Assembly (NCBI GenBank): GCA_030324005.1
Contig: JARDVH010000073.1
Location: 28,594,072 to 28,658,071 of the forward strand
DNA from: Negaprion brevirostris
Lineage: Eukaryota
DNA: 64,000 nt
Direction: 5' to 3'
Shown here: one piece after another, positions 12,001 through 24,729 of the stretch
Numbering within the stretch: position 1 is the stretch's first letter
How the letters are laid out: each line of letters begins with the position of its first letter
The notes under the pieces: generated by a model
Database searches by the model: none
What the model was told of the DNA's origin: nothing
What the model saw: the letters and a program-made list of their open reading frames with translations, nothing else
Position numbers and translations under genes: made by a program

Positions 12001-12205
12001 ACTGTGATACTGGTTAACTGTGATAGACTGGTAATGGAACCAGTGCAGAAGTTTTGAGTTTTTCAGACAATCACCTTTCAGGATTCAATTGTGCAATCTA
12101 TCCCTTCTGCCCAACTTCGATGTTAACCTCAGAGGTAGTGTGAATACAACCACTGAGGCTGTCCTTGTGGAAGTTCTGACCAATTAGAATTGCTCCAGGA
12201 TCTAG

Positions 12206-12400
12206 AAGCAAGGAATTACTGTGAATGCTGAAATCTGGAACAAAAACAGAAAATGCTGGAAAATCTCAGCAGGTCTGACAGCATCTGTGGAGAGAGAATA
12301 NNNNNNNNNNNNCAACTTCCAACTGGTGTTGTGAGACTACTCACCGTGTCCCCAGATGCTGTCAGACCTGCTGAGATTTTCCAGCATCTTCTCTTTGTGT
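12206..12400. repeat. Fold-back repeat (family 1), probably Penelope-like terminal-repeat derived
   Basis: Perfect 35-bp inverted arms at 12253-12287 and 12353-12387 around a short N-gap. Confidence 0.75.
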
Positions 12401-12519
12401 AGAAGCAGCATGGTGCCCAGCCATGATTTTCGGTGTTTAGGTAATCAATACTTAACACATTTCAGCAATGATTCTTTGAAGAGCTTGCGCGCCCAATAGG
12501 TGGTTTTTTTAATTCTCAG

Positions 12520-12706
12520 AAGAATGCACATGCTGGAAATGTGAAAACACTTGGCAGGCCAGTCAGCATCTGTGGGGAGAACGGTGGAGTCTATTTCAAG
12601 TGTTCAGCCTGTNNNNNNNNNNCTGTTCATTCTAACTGTTCCGCTCTGCTCTTACCTCCTGGCGGTTGCTGCCTGACAACGTTGAGTGTTTCCAGCATTT
12701 TCTGAT
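12520..12706. repeat. Older degenerate fold-back repeat of family 1
   Basis: atgctggaaa...aacacttggcaggc...cagcatctgtggggag / ctgcctgacaacgttgagtgtttccagcattttctg. Confidence 0.6.
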
Positions 12707-14699
12707 TAAAAATTTACTGGCCAGACACACAGCTCTTTTTATGTGCCTCACCACATAGTGTGGCCTGCAACCTGCAGCAAAATCTGGATGTTGTTGGCAG
12801 CGAATAGCATCTTGCAACAAATGTCCTTATAACCAAGTACCTTTTAAAAAAAAAATCCTGCTGTAAAATGGGGAAAGCAGGGAGAAGGCAAAGAGGAACT
12901 AGTTTAAGGCCAGCAGAAATGATATGAATTCAATCAGGAAACTTTTTTGACCGCCCCTCTTCTGGATTTAATTTTCTGTGACAAAAAAGCAGTTGTAAGC
13001 TCCATGGCACAGCAGAGCAAACATTGCAGGTGTTTAGTGCTAAAATTAAAATCGATCTGTTGTGAGGTGGAGGGGAACCCCTTGAGATAAAGTTGCCAAT
13101 AATCCGGATTAATTTTGAAATTGTTCGGGCAATATCATTTGTGATTGCGTGGAGATGACAATGAGGCAGTTTCTGAACTGGGCCAATCACCACAGCAGTT
13201 TGATATTTGAATGTCAACTTGAAACTCTGTCGCCATGAATCTTTTGAACCCAGAAATTAAACACAGTGAGCACCAGTATTAGTCACTTTATTGATTGGAT
13301 ATACTGAACTAAGGGCAAAGTTTTGGGGCACAGATTATCTCTCAACATGTTTGAATAAAACAAACTGCTGATTGCCAGAAATATTTTGTACCAGGGTTTG
13401 CAAATTAATGGACTCAAATGGCAGTGCCTCTAATCCAGTAGCTTGGTCAAGAGCAGTATATCTCTCAAATGCAGTATTTACACGTGTTTATGGAATATCT
13501 GTATATCAGATCTATGGAATATTAGGATCCCCTTAAGCCACATCTGCATTTTACAACGTAGATTGTAAATCTCTGTGGAAAGTTCACCTATGTTGATAAT
13601 ATTTACAATGTGATTTACTCCTTTATAAAACTGTTGTTTCAGAAATTGATACCATTATTAGCACTGGCCTTGGATTATGCAAGCGAAAAACATCTATTCT
13701 TCCTGTCACATGATATGCAATATCTTGGACAAATGTCAATCATACTGAACATACTTAGCAATGGTAACTCTTGATGGACTGAAACAAACGGGTTTGTACA
13801 TTTGAAATGTATATTCAAGGCTATTGTAAACTTTATGTTCAGATTAAATTAAAACCCATGATTGATATCCATAATCACTTGTTCCGTCTCTACAAAGTAA
13901 ATCAGATGGACCTCACTGGGGTGATTTTACACGATGCTGTAACTATTTAGCAACTGGAATTCCTGCATTTTAAAATATTCTTTTGTTCCATCATTCTATT
14001 TTAATCCGTTTTAGGCTTGCAAATTGAATTCTTCACACCTCACCATCGTGTTGAAATTAGTATGGTCCTGCAAGTGTATGCCAGGACCACAACCAATGGT
14101 CATGATGTCTGTATAACTCTTTTTAGGGGGACCATGGAAGTAATTCTTTGTCAAATAGTTTACTTTTACTGGCACTGCAATATTGCATGAAGATTGCCAC
14201 AATTCCTATAACAATATTTTTATTGTTTGATCTCAATTCTATTGATCTTGCACATCTTAAGGACCATATAGTAAATATACTGCTGATTATACCCCACCAT
14301 GGAATATAGTTACAGCACAGAAGCGGAACACTTGATGCTTTGTGTCCATGCTGGCTCACTGAGATCAACTCAGTGAGTCCCTCTTTCCCAGCCCTTTCTC
14401 TGCAACCGGCATTTTATTTATCTTAGCTAATTATTCAGTTCCCTTTTGGATTAACCCTATTTCCACTTGACACCCTCATCCTGAGAGGTTTTGTTTTCTT
14501 CCTCCCCCCTCCCCCTAGCCTCCCCTCTCTGCCCAATAAAAAATACACAAGCTCTATGAAAAGAATGGTTAAAAAAAAAATCCAAATGGAGGAAAGAATG
14601 TAGCTCCCCAGATTCTGAGGTACTAATCTTGAGAATTATTTTGATCTATTTCTCTCTTCAACATGGGGGCACATTTATTTTTGTTTTCAATCTTCTCCT

Positions 14700-14930
14700 C
14701 TCCCAAGTTGCTGTTCCAACTCTTCCAATCACAGATTCCCTCCCTCCTGCTGCTCCTCCCATCATAGATTCTGCCTCTGGAGGAGCAACATGAGCGGGAA
14801 GAAGGGAGCCTGTGATTGGAGGAGCTGGAGCAGTTGCATGGGTGGGACAGAATCTGTGATTGGAGGAATAGTTCCTCTCGGATTCTGTCTTCCACATACT
14901 TGCTGCTCCTCCAGTTAAACTCTGCATGCT
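14700..14930. repeat. Nested imperfect inverted/direct repeat built from a ctcctccaatcacagattc unit
   Basis: 14709-14751 pairs with 14792-14833; further unit copies at ~14753, ~14845-14867 and ~14903. Confidence 0.6.
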
Positions 14931-15299
14931 TTCCTGCTTTCAACAAGATGCTTGCAATTGTTCAGCTCCAGACTGTGGAGGAGTCATAACATGAAGTAAT
15001 ATTGTATGGAGGTGACCTTTCTTGAATGCCTTGCCTCTGTGTTTGTTTTCCTGTGGGCTACTTGTGAATTACTTGAGGGCTTATTTACTGTGCAAGACAC
15101 AAGGCAACAATTGTTCAAAATAGATTAGGTAAACACATTGTGGGTTCATTTATTAATAGTAGGTACAGCAAAATGGTTATACATCGGTATAAATCTTAAA
15201 GACATCAGAGCTATGTAAGTGCTCTGCTGAAAGGAAAAGTGAAACTAAGACTGCATCACATAACACAATTTCCTTCTCATGGTGTCATGCCAGTATCCC

Positions 15300-16330
15300 T
15301 TAAAAGCATATTACATGATTATCCATGTAACTGAAGTTCCTCATTCCTAGAAACATGGATGTAAATCTTTTCTGCACCCTCAAGAAAGCCTTCACATCCT
15401 TTCTGTAATGTAGCACCCAGAACTGGACTGGATATTTCCACTCAAGCCAAATTGCTGCTTTATAAGTGTTCCCCATAACTGGCTTCCTTTTGTACTTTAT
15501 GCCTCTATTTATAAATTCTGTCAGGCCTCTGTCCAATTCCATCAGCCTGCCTTCACCAACCTCATTCACAATGCTTCCACATTTTGTGTCATCAGCACAT
15601 TTTGAAAGCATGCCTGACATAAGTCATTAATACAGGTCAATAAAAGCAGCGATCTGAGTTCCGATCCCTGGGGAGCCCCAGTGTTATACCTTCCTCCAGG
15701 CTGGAAAACAGCCATTCACCACTACTGTTTCCTGTCACACTACCAGTGTCCCTTTTAATTCATAGGCTTCAACTTTGCTGACCGTTTTTTTTTATCAAAT
15801 GCCTTTGGAAATCCATATCATCATGTCAACTACATTAGCCTCATTAACTTTCTGTTACCTCACTACAAATCTCATTCAAGTTAGTTGAACACATTTAACA
15901 AATCTGTGCTGACTTTCCTTATTAATCCACATTTGTCCAAGTGACTATTTTGTCTCAGACTATCCTTTCAAAAAAAAATCATCCCACCACAAAGGTTAAA
16001 CTGACTAGCCTGCAGTTGCTGGAATCATCCTAAAACCCTTTTTTGAACAAGGGTGTAACGTTTGCAAATCTCCTGTCATTTGGAACCATCCCTGAATCTT
16101 AGGAGGACGGGAAGATGCCAGTGCCTTTGCAAACTTTCATCTTTACGTTACTGTACTCTATATCCTCGACATCCCATTCGTTCATAGTGATTTATCAACC
16201 AATCCCTCTAAAATCTTCTGTTCATCAATTTATTTCGTCTACCAATCTCTCAGCTACCTCCTCTTTCATTGTGACTTCTGTTGCATCTTTTTCCTTGGTA
16301 AATACAGATGCAAAATTAGTTCCTCAGCCA
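15300..16330 (-). mobile_element. CR1 LINE ORF2 remnant
   Basis: Translation SKCADDTK...YPVQFWVLHYRKDVKAFLRVQKRFT is typical of the CR1 RT and C-terminus. Confidence 0.85.
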
Positions 16331-16589
16331 TGCCCTCGCCCCCATGTGTAATTCATTGTTTGGTCCCCAGTTGGCTTGAGCCCTCGGTTAAATATCCTTT
16401 CATTGTCTCTATGCCTACAGAAGACTTTTGGATTTTCTTTTATGTTAGCTGCCAGTCTCAGTTGATTTTGCAGTTTTTAAACAAAAAATTAATTATTCCA
16501 ACACTTCTTTAGCTACCCTCCAATTTCTACCTTCCGTAAACTTGTGATTCAAAATTGCTGCCTGTGTCCCTACTTATGCCAAGTTCTAT

Positions 16590-16985
16590 TCACCACTCAT
16601 TATGATGCATGAGCTTCCACTTCAGCAATGCCTTGATGTTAAATTTCTCAGTTTTGTTTTCATATCCCACCCATGGCCTTTCCCCTTTCTTTGTAATCTC
16701 CTCCATCCCGAGAACACTAGATAACCGTACTACTTCAATTCAAGCATTTCGAGATTTTAATCACACACCCATTGACAGCCATGTTTTTAGCTGACTTGTA
16801 CCTAAGTTCTGGAATTCCCTCCTTAAATCTCTCTTCTTCTCTCATCTTAAGATGCTGTTCAACATACCCATTTTACCAAGCTTATGACCAACAGTTCTAA
16901 CATCTACTTCTGTGGCTTGTAGTCATATTTTGTTAAGGGCCCTGTGGGAAGTTTTACTCTATTAAGATGCTATATAAATACAAAT
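16590..16985 (+). mobile_element. L2 LINE 3' end
   Basis: cagccatgtttttagctgac...cctaagttctggaattccctcc...gatgctatataaatacaa. Confidence 0.6.
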
Positions 16986-16989
16986 GCAC

Positions 16990-18470
16990 TTGGATTTGGA
17001 GTACATTGCTCCATTGTGCATTGGTGGTAGAGAGAGTGAATGTTTAAGGTGGTGATGACAATCAAATCAAAACCTGGATGGCATCGAGCTCCTTGAGTGG
17101 TGTTGGAGGTGCGCTCATCCAGACAAATGGCGAGTACTCTATAATATCCCTGGCTTAAAGCATTGCAGATGGAGGACAAACTTTAAGGAGTCAGAACGTG
17201 ACTGACTCGCCGCAGAATTCCCAGCCTCTGATCTGCTCTTAAACACTGGCCCAGTTCAGTTTCTGGTCAACAGTAACCCCCAGGATGTTGTTGGTGGGGA
17301 TTCAGTGATGCTAATGCCATATATTGCCAATTGGAGATGGTTGGATTCTTTCTTGTTGGAAATGGGCATTGTTTGGCATTTTGGCATAAACGTTGCCACT
17401 TACCACTGATTAGCCCAAGCTTGAAAATTGTTCAGGTCTTGCTGTATATGGACATAGGTGGCTTCATATTTGAAGAGTTGCAAATGGTTTTGCAATTATC
17501 AACAAATATTCTCAATTCTGACCTTGTGATGGAGGGAAAGCATTGATGAAGCTGGTTGGCCTGGGACACCATCCTGAGGAACTCCTGCAGTGATGCCCTT
17601 GGACTGAAATAATTTCCTCCAACAATCATAACAATTTTCCATTGTGTTAGGTCTGACTCTTAACTACTGATTCCCATTGATTTCAGTTTTGCTTGGGCTC
17701 CTTGATGTCACACACAGTCAAATGCTGCCTTGATGTCAAAGGCAGTCACTCTCACCTCACAACTTGAGTTTGACTGTTTCATCCATGTTGGATCAAGGAT
17801 GCAATGAGCCCTAGCAGAATCCAGCTAATTGTCAGTAAGCAGGTTGGAGCTGTCTAAGTGTCGCTTGCACAGTTGATGACACCTTCCGTCACTTTTTTGT
17901 CTTCATTCATGGGATGTGGGCATTGCTGGCTGGGCCAGCATTTATTGTCCATCAAGAATTGCCCTCCAGAGGACATTTGAGAGTCAACTACATTGCTATG
18001 GATTTGTGTCGTGTGTAGGCCAGACCAAGTATGGATGGCAGATTTCCTTCCCTAAAAGAGATTAGTGCAGCAAATGGGTTTTTATGACAATTAGCAGTGG
18101 TTTCATCGTCATCATTAGACATCTTAATTACAGATTTGTATTGAAATTTCACCAACTGCTGTGATAGGATTCAAACCCTGGTCACTAGATCTTGTACAGT
18201 GTCTCTGAATTACTTTGCTGATTGAGAGTAGATTGAGTAGGCAATAATTTGCCGGATGGGATTTGTTCTGCTTATGTGTTCTGTACGAATCTGGGTAATC
18301 TTCCACATGGCTGAAGCTGATGTGTTGTAGCTGTAGTGGAAGAGCTTCGCTGGGGAGGTGGCCTCTTCTGGAGCAGAAGTCTTCAGTATTATTGCCGGAA
18401 TGTTGTCAGGACCCATAGCCATTGTAGTATCTGATGCCTTGAGATATACACGATATTATATGGAGTGAAT
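16990..18470 (-). mobile_element. CR1/L2-group LINE ORF2 remnant
   Basis: AMGPDNIPAIILKTSAPE..LF.YSYNT motif; related to 33130-34180 on the opposite strand; interrupted by a SINE. Confidence 0.75.
17900..18205 (-). mobile_element. tRNA-derived SINE (family with atttccttccctaaaggacattagtgaaccag core)
   Basis: Matches copies at 27860, 32180, 45085 and 47330; B-box ggattcaaaccc. Confidence 0.75.
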
Positions 18471-18912
18471 TCATGGAATCATAGAAACCTTACAGTGCAG
18501 AGCAGGCCATTCAGCCCATTGCGTCTGCACCGACTTTCTGATGGAGTATCCCACCCAGACCCAATCCCTGTAGCTCCATGTATATATCTCCCTAATCTAC
18601 ACATCCTCGGACACTAAGGGGCAGCTTATCATGACTGATCTGCCTAACCGGAGCACTCGGAGAAAATCCACACAGACACAGGGAGAATGTGCAGACTCTG
18701 CACAGACAGTGACCCAAGCTGGGGATGACGTTAACAGTGCTGGTTTACTTCCCTTTCCAGTTGAGGTAGACTGGGACTTACCATCTTGCCCAAACTCTGA
18801 AAGCAGAAAGCAAAGACAAACCACGCACAAAATCTATCTAGAAAATGGCTCTGGATGAACTGGTCCCTGGTGATGTGAGGCAGCAGGGCTAACCACTGTG
18901 CCACCGTGCAGC
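18471..18912 (-). mobile_element. HE1-type V-SINE with a ~135-bp foreign insert at its B-box
   Basis: Reverse complement of 788-1130; insert spans 18725-18862. Confidence 0.8.
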
Positions 18913-21224
18913 CAAATTGAATTCATTAAGACTAGCGTCGGTGATGTGACCACTGGAGGTGGTCGAGATGGATCAGCTGATGTAATATAATAACTATAAT
19001 TGAGCTGTAATTTTGGATGTTGGCATTGTTGGTGTTGTATCAAATCCCTTTAGCCCCTTGGTGTCCAAGGATGCGTAGATTAGGGAGATATATACATGGG
19101 GTTACAGGGATGTGACTTCATTGAGCACTGCACATACACTGACACTGACTAGTAATTGTATTTCTGTCAGACTAGATACACTGCTACTAACATGGGTCCA
19201 TTTCCCAATTCATTGTGCTGCAAGGAGCTAGCAATATGTTAAGTCTTGCGTTTACAAGTCAAGAATCTCTGAATCACTAATGTTGACAACTTATTCCACT
19301 GGTAAACATGTAGCATTGGCCATAATGAGCCAGAAAATGTGCTTCTTATATTTACCCAAGTGTGATATGCATTATGAGAAAGTAAAGTATCCTTGTGTCT
19401 CACTGCAGTAGTCTTATAAACTATTAACTAAGTGACTTTTAATGTTCCTTTGTTATCCCTGTTTATTTTGAATTTTGTGGAAATAGCTGGGAGCAGTTAT
19501 TGAGATGGACAACATAAGGGAACTTGCAGTTTCTTGAAGCATTTCAGGTTACTAATATTTTCAACTGTCTTTGTTAATATAGTTCATCACTGAGCTCCTA
19601 GAAGTTTTTTTGCATAATTGATAAATTGTTTTTATTGTTTATTTGATATATTGCTTTTGTTTTCTCCAATTGTTGCTTAAACAATGTTGAACTGTCTATC
19701 TTATTTTTGTTTATGGAATCTCACTGAGCGCAAATTAGTTTCTTTATATTTATGCAGTGACTAAGTTTCAGAAGTAATGTTGTTATCCTTCGGGGCATCT
19801 TAAGGACATGCAAGGCACTAATTTGTTCTTTGTGAAACAAGATTTAATGTTGCAAGATTGATGACGTTGTTTGACAAATTAACAATTTGCTCTAAAGGAT
19901 TTGATTTGCCAGACTAGGTGTTAACTAGGTTTAATATTAAGAAGGCCATTATCTTGTGAAGAATGAGCCATTTGATCATTATATTGATTTGGTAGTTCAA
20001 TAGGAGAAGGAAGGATGAACAGGTATATTTTAACACTAATGTATTAGGAAGTATTTCTTAATGTTTGAATGCCAATAGTGAGGAATGCTTTAGTTTGTTT
20101 AGAATGGAGCCATTAGGGCCNNNNNTAAGGATATTACAAAGAATTGAATTAAAGTTAAGATTTTTCCTTTTTACATGTTTACAATATTAGTAATTTGGAT
20201 ATTGTAAGTTTTGAGCATTCAGCTTGTTGTAACATTGTCTATTGTGAGGTGAGGTGCAATATATCGAGTTGGGAATGATAGATTCTGTAAGCTACACGTA
20301 AAAAGCGAATGTAAAAAAAACTACATAAGTAGTTCATTTCATTCAAGCAAAATCCAACTAAAATAAAGGCTACACCAAATGTAATTTTGGAACCATAATT
20401 CAGTAAGTAATTTTAGTTTGAAGTATGCTAATCATAGTTGAGGTGAAGAAGATGAATATTATATGGGAAGACTGGAGAAAGTTGCATGCAATTTAATCCA
20501 TTTTGGAAAGGCTGGAGTAAGTTATCGTTGTGTCCTTTAGAGTGAGATATTGTCATTCAGTCAAGAACACTTAAAATACTGTAGTTAAGGAAAGGCATGT
20601 AAATGTGTGCATTCGCATTTGCTTTTGTTAAATTACCAACACTAATAAAATGGTGATGATATCTGGAAGTATGTTGTTCAGTTCTAATTCTCTGTTGTGT
20701 GGTTCCATTCACTTCTGTATGTTAGCTCAACTTCCTGTCTTGAGCTTTGATTTGCAAAGTTTTAATTTCACCAATTGTGGTCAATTTTTTAGCCTTGAGC
20801 AAAAAAGCAAATTACTGAGTATTGCAAAGATTCTCTCAGATTTGTTGGTAACATTTCTTTTATATTGAAGAATGGTCAAATTATTTGGGTTATATTTTGC
20901 AATTCTTGTATTAATGTAGGCATTGCACTTCAACACCAAATTAATACTTGGAGTCATTTAAAAAGCATGATGAATCTAAAATAGTGTTGCTGATAGTAGT
21001 TCCTATATTGAAGACATACCAGGAAAAGCAAAAATAGTAGGGCAACAGCTGCAGCGGTACATTAATGCAACATCTAACTTGCATAGAATTTCATTTTGTA
21101 CTCTTAAGATGAAGGTGAAATAGGTAGCTGATGAAGTTCTCTTTGAACAAAAAATCATATTACATCTGGAGAAAAAGTGGATTTGTGGTAGGATTATAAA
21201 ACTCCCTGATATCACAATGTATGG

Positions 21225-21486
21225 TAGTACCTCTTAGCTCAGTGGTTAAGTGGTTAGTGTGTGTTTCAGAATGACATTAATAGTGCTGTTTTACTTCCCG
21301 TTCCAGTTGAGGTACACTGGGACTTACCACCTTGCCCAGGTTTGTCTTTGCCTTCTGCTTTCAGAGCTCTGAAAGCAGAAGGCAAAGACAAACCACGCAC
21401 AAAAACTGACTAGAAAATGCTCCGGATGAACTGTCTGCAGGAAAGCCTCTGGGCCGACCACACATGTCATGCCATCATAGTACCTC
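21225..21486 (+). mobile_element. SINE-like element with 9-bp target-site duplication and internal perfect palindrome
   Basis: Direct repeat tagtacctc at 21225-21233 and 21478-21486; tRNA A-box-like tagctcagtggtt at the start; palindrome 21339-21394. Confidence 0.65.
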
Positions 21487-22399
21487 ATTTTTAAAAAGAC
21501 AATTTTCTTCCACGGGGCATGCATCAGACCTGAATTGTGGGTATATGTCAGGAGGAGTTGATGGAGCAGTGAGAGATGGAAGATCATGAGGTAATATATT
21601 GTGTGTGCAAAACTGGAATCAACAGCCTGTTTTATAGCTTTCCCAATCTCCAGAAATGGAAGTAAAAATTGGACGCATCATGAAATGGGCTGCTGACTCA
21701 CTATTGCCCATTTTACATCATTGTACAAAATCATGACCTATCTGAATCATTTGGGGTGGTAGAATTTTCAGTCTTAATACCAAGATTCTCCTTCATGTAG
21801 CTAGAACTGGCAGTTGCACACTGGAATACCAAGATAATGTGTGTTTCAATAGTCTTAGATGGCAGCTCCAAGGTCAGTTGGTGATTTTCATCATTGTGCT
21901 TTTGTAGATACAATTCCCCCTGAGTTTGCTTAGATTATGTTTTAGGAAATTGGCACAAATGTTGTCCATATGTCAAATTACATACAATTTGGTACCTATG
22001 TTTCACACGGAACTGGGTTACTGAGGATGCACATCTCTGCACTCTGCTCCAAAAGGTAAAAAAAACACTGAGGAGCAAATCTCAATTAAGGGTTTCTTTT
22101 CAAATCTCCAAATATATTACTCTACAATACCAACAAATTATGCTGTGTAATTACTGATCTGTCAGGCATAAGTTCATAATATTGGACTGAAACAGCTGCT
22201 TCTGGGTGTGATTGTTTTAATTTCCTGATTATGCCGTCATCATTTGTGCACTTGTGGTATTCCAATCACCATGACATGTGCCTTTTTGCATCAAGTGCTG
22301 CCCACTCATCATCTCCGTCCAAACAAGCTTGTTTAATTTCTTGTATTCCAGCATGTTGAATCAAGATCTCAAACCTTCTTTTCACATTCCTTTGGCTTT

Positions 22400-22815
22400 G
22401 GTGGTGACAGCCTTGGTTTAATCATAGCATTCTTGCCTCAGTTAAGCTGTCCTCTGGAGATTTAAACACGCCATTGAGGCTGACACTTTGATGCAGTTCC
22501 GTCAGACATGTTGCATTCTAGATAAGGTGTTAAATGGTGGCTCCATCTGCTTGCGGGCAAATGCAAAAGGTCCATGGCGCATTTTGAACAAGAGGAGCTC
22601 TCCTGGTGTTCTGGTCGACATTAATCCCTCCATCAAAATCACTATAACATTATCTAGTGATATACATGATTACTTTTTGCAGTTTCTTGATGGGTACGTA
22701 TTAACTGCCCTTTTCCCCAGCATCAACAGTGACAAACTGCTGAGGTGCTTAATCAATTGAAGTACTTTGGGACATGCTGAGGTTGTGAAAGATGCTGTAT
22801 AAATGCAAGCTCTTT
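22400..22815 (+). mobile_element. DeuSINE (SacSINE1/AmnSINE1-like)
   Basis: Deu-domain-like gatgttaaa...ccatggcgcattttgaacaagag...ccctc and L2-type tail ctttgggacatgctgaggttgtgaaagatgctgtataaatgcaag. Confidence 0.75.
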
Positions 22816-23179
22816 TATTGCTTCTGCCTACATCTGAGTCATCACCTCCATCTGTACATCCTCACACACATTTTACTTTCCCAACAACATATTACCACTC
22901 ATTCCTGTTCATTCTTTAGTTGCTTTACCCTAACTTCTGCAAATCTCTTTTAAACATGTTGCCATTTCCTCCTTTACCTTCAAAATATCTCCTTTAAACA
23001 TTGTTGCCTTTATATAATTCATTGTTCTCTGTTCTCCAACTCAAATCTTCAAATCATAGGATACACATTCTAAACCTCATTAACCACTTTAAGGAAGACT
23101 ATTGAAATGTAATTTGTTGTTGCTGCAGATACTTTGTGAAAGATTGATCACATATAATGCAGTTAAAGCCAAAATATAG

Positions 23180-23575
23180 AAAGAGAGTGCTTACACTTGT
23201 GTAGATACTTATACATCCTCAGGACATTCAAAGTATTTTACATTGAGGCATCAGTCACTATTCTATGGAGCAGACAATTTGTGCAGTGTCCCACAAACCC
23301 CGATGTGATGATGACCAGACAATCTATTTTAGTGACATCGGCTGAGAATTAAATATTGGCCAAGGCACTAAGGAAAACTCATGGTCCTGTTTGAAACAAT
23401 GCCATGGATTTTTAAATTCCACCTAAAAGAGCAGATGGAACCATGGTTTAATGTTATGATTTAAAAGCACCTCTGTACTGTAGTGTCAACGTGAATTTCA
23501 TCCGAGATAGAACTCAAATCCACAATCTTCTGACTCCAGATTGAGTATTACAAATTGAGCCATGACTGACATCTT
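23180..23575 (-). mobile_element. DeuSINE, inverted relative to the 22400 copy
   Basis: tcccacaaac...tgaccagacaatctattttagtga...taaatattggccaagg...gccatggattttt...ttctgactccag. Confidence 0.7.
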
Positions 23576-24146
23576 AGCCATACTAGTGCCTATATAGATG
23601 TTGCAGCTTATGTATTGGTATGATGTTTATGAAATGTTTGCAGGGAAGGTATAATGTGGAGTAATTTATCAGCCACTAAAACCTCCCTGTAAGCTGTAAA
23701 AATACAATATTGTTTTCTGTCTCTGAAAACTCAATGAAATTAAAGCTGCCTTTCAGTTGACTCCATTTGCTTAATGGACTTCACTCAAACATCTCCGTCA
23801 TTTGATCGTCGATTTCCTGTTTTTTTTTAAAATCACGTCTACAATTTCATGCAGAGCCCAAATTGCCTTTTTGCTTCTCACTATGCTGAGGCTGCTTAGA
23901 ATTTTCAGTTGACTTCTGCCTCCTCAAAGATGAAAATGTAGATTAATGGCAACTCCTCAAAATCAGGTCTTTTGAGCACTGCATAAAGCATTGCTAAACA
24001 GGTGAGTTTTAAACTGTTTAAAAGCAACGTACTGTCCTTGTCATCAGAATTCTGCTGTAATAGTAGTCACCTTGCTCTTTTCACGGCTAAAGCTCCTTAG
24101 CAGCTATTGAAGATCTGATGTTTTAGATTAAAGTGGCACTGTTAAA

Positions 24147-24312
24147 CATCATAGAATCCCTACAATGCAGAAGAAAGCTGTTCGGCTCAATGAGCCTGCA
24201 CCAATAACAAAACCCACCCAGGCCCTGTAACCCCATGTATTTACCTTGCCAGTCCCCCTGACATGAGGGTCAATTTAGCATGGCCAATGCACCTAACCTG
24301 CACGTCTTTGGA
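24147..24312 (-). mobile_element. HE1-type SINE 3' fragment
   Basis: catagaatccctacaatgcagaag...caatttagcatggccaatgcacctaacctgcacgtctttgga. Confidence 0.8.
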
Positions 24313-24729
24313 CCAGTTTTCTGAAGTGCATTGATTTGGAGATTTTTAGTCTGTGTGTTATCTCCTAAACCAAACACATTTCGAGTAAACTGATTTGGAA
24401 AGTTGGGCCAATAGGTTATATAATCCACATGTATATCATGCCTAGCACATTTCAATATATGGGAATTGGGGAGCTGCACATCATTAGCATTTGAAGATGG
24501 TCACCACTTGACAGTATTTGAAATTGATAAGTTTGTTCCAAAAATTGTTACACTGGGGAAATTTAAGAATGAATATGAAAGGGAAATGACAGTGCAGAGA
24601 TTCTGCAACTTACATTGAATTCCAAGGCCACAGAATGACAGAGGCCCTGTCTATATTCGATGAAATAAAACATGCACTGTAGCTCCAATTAAGAATTCCC
24701 TTATACTGTACCAGCAGTTCACTCCAAGT

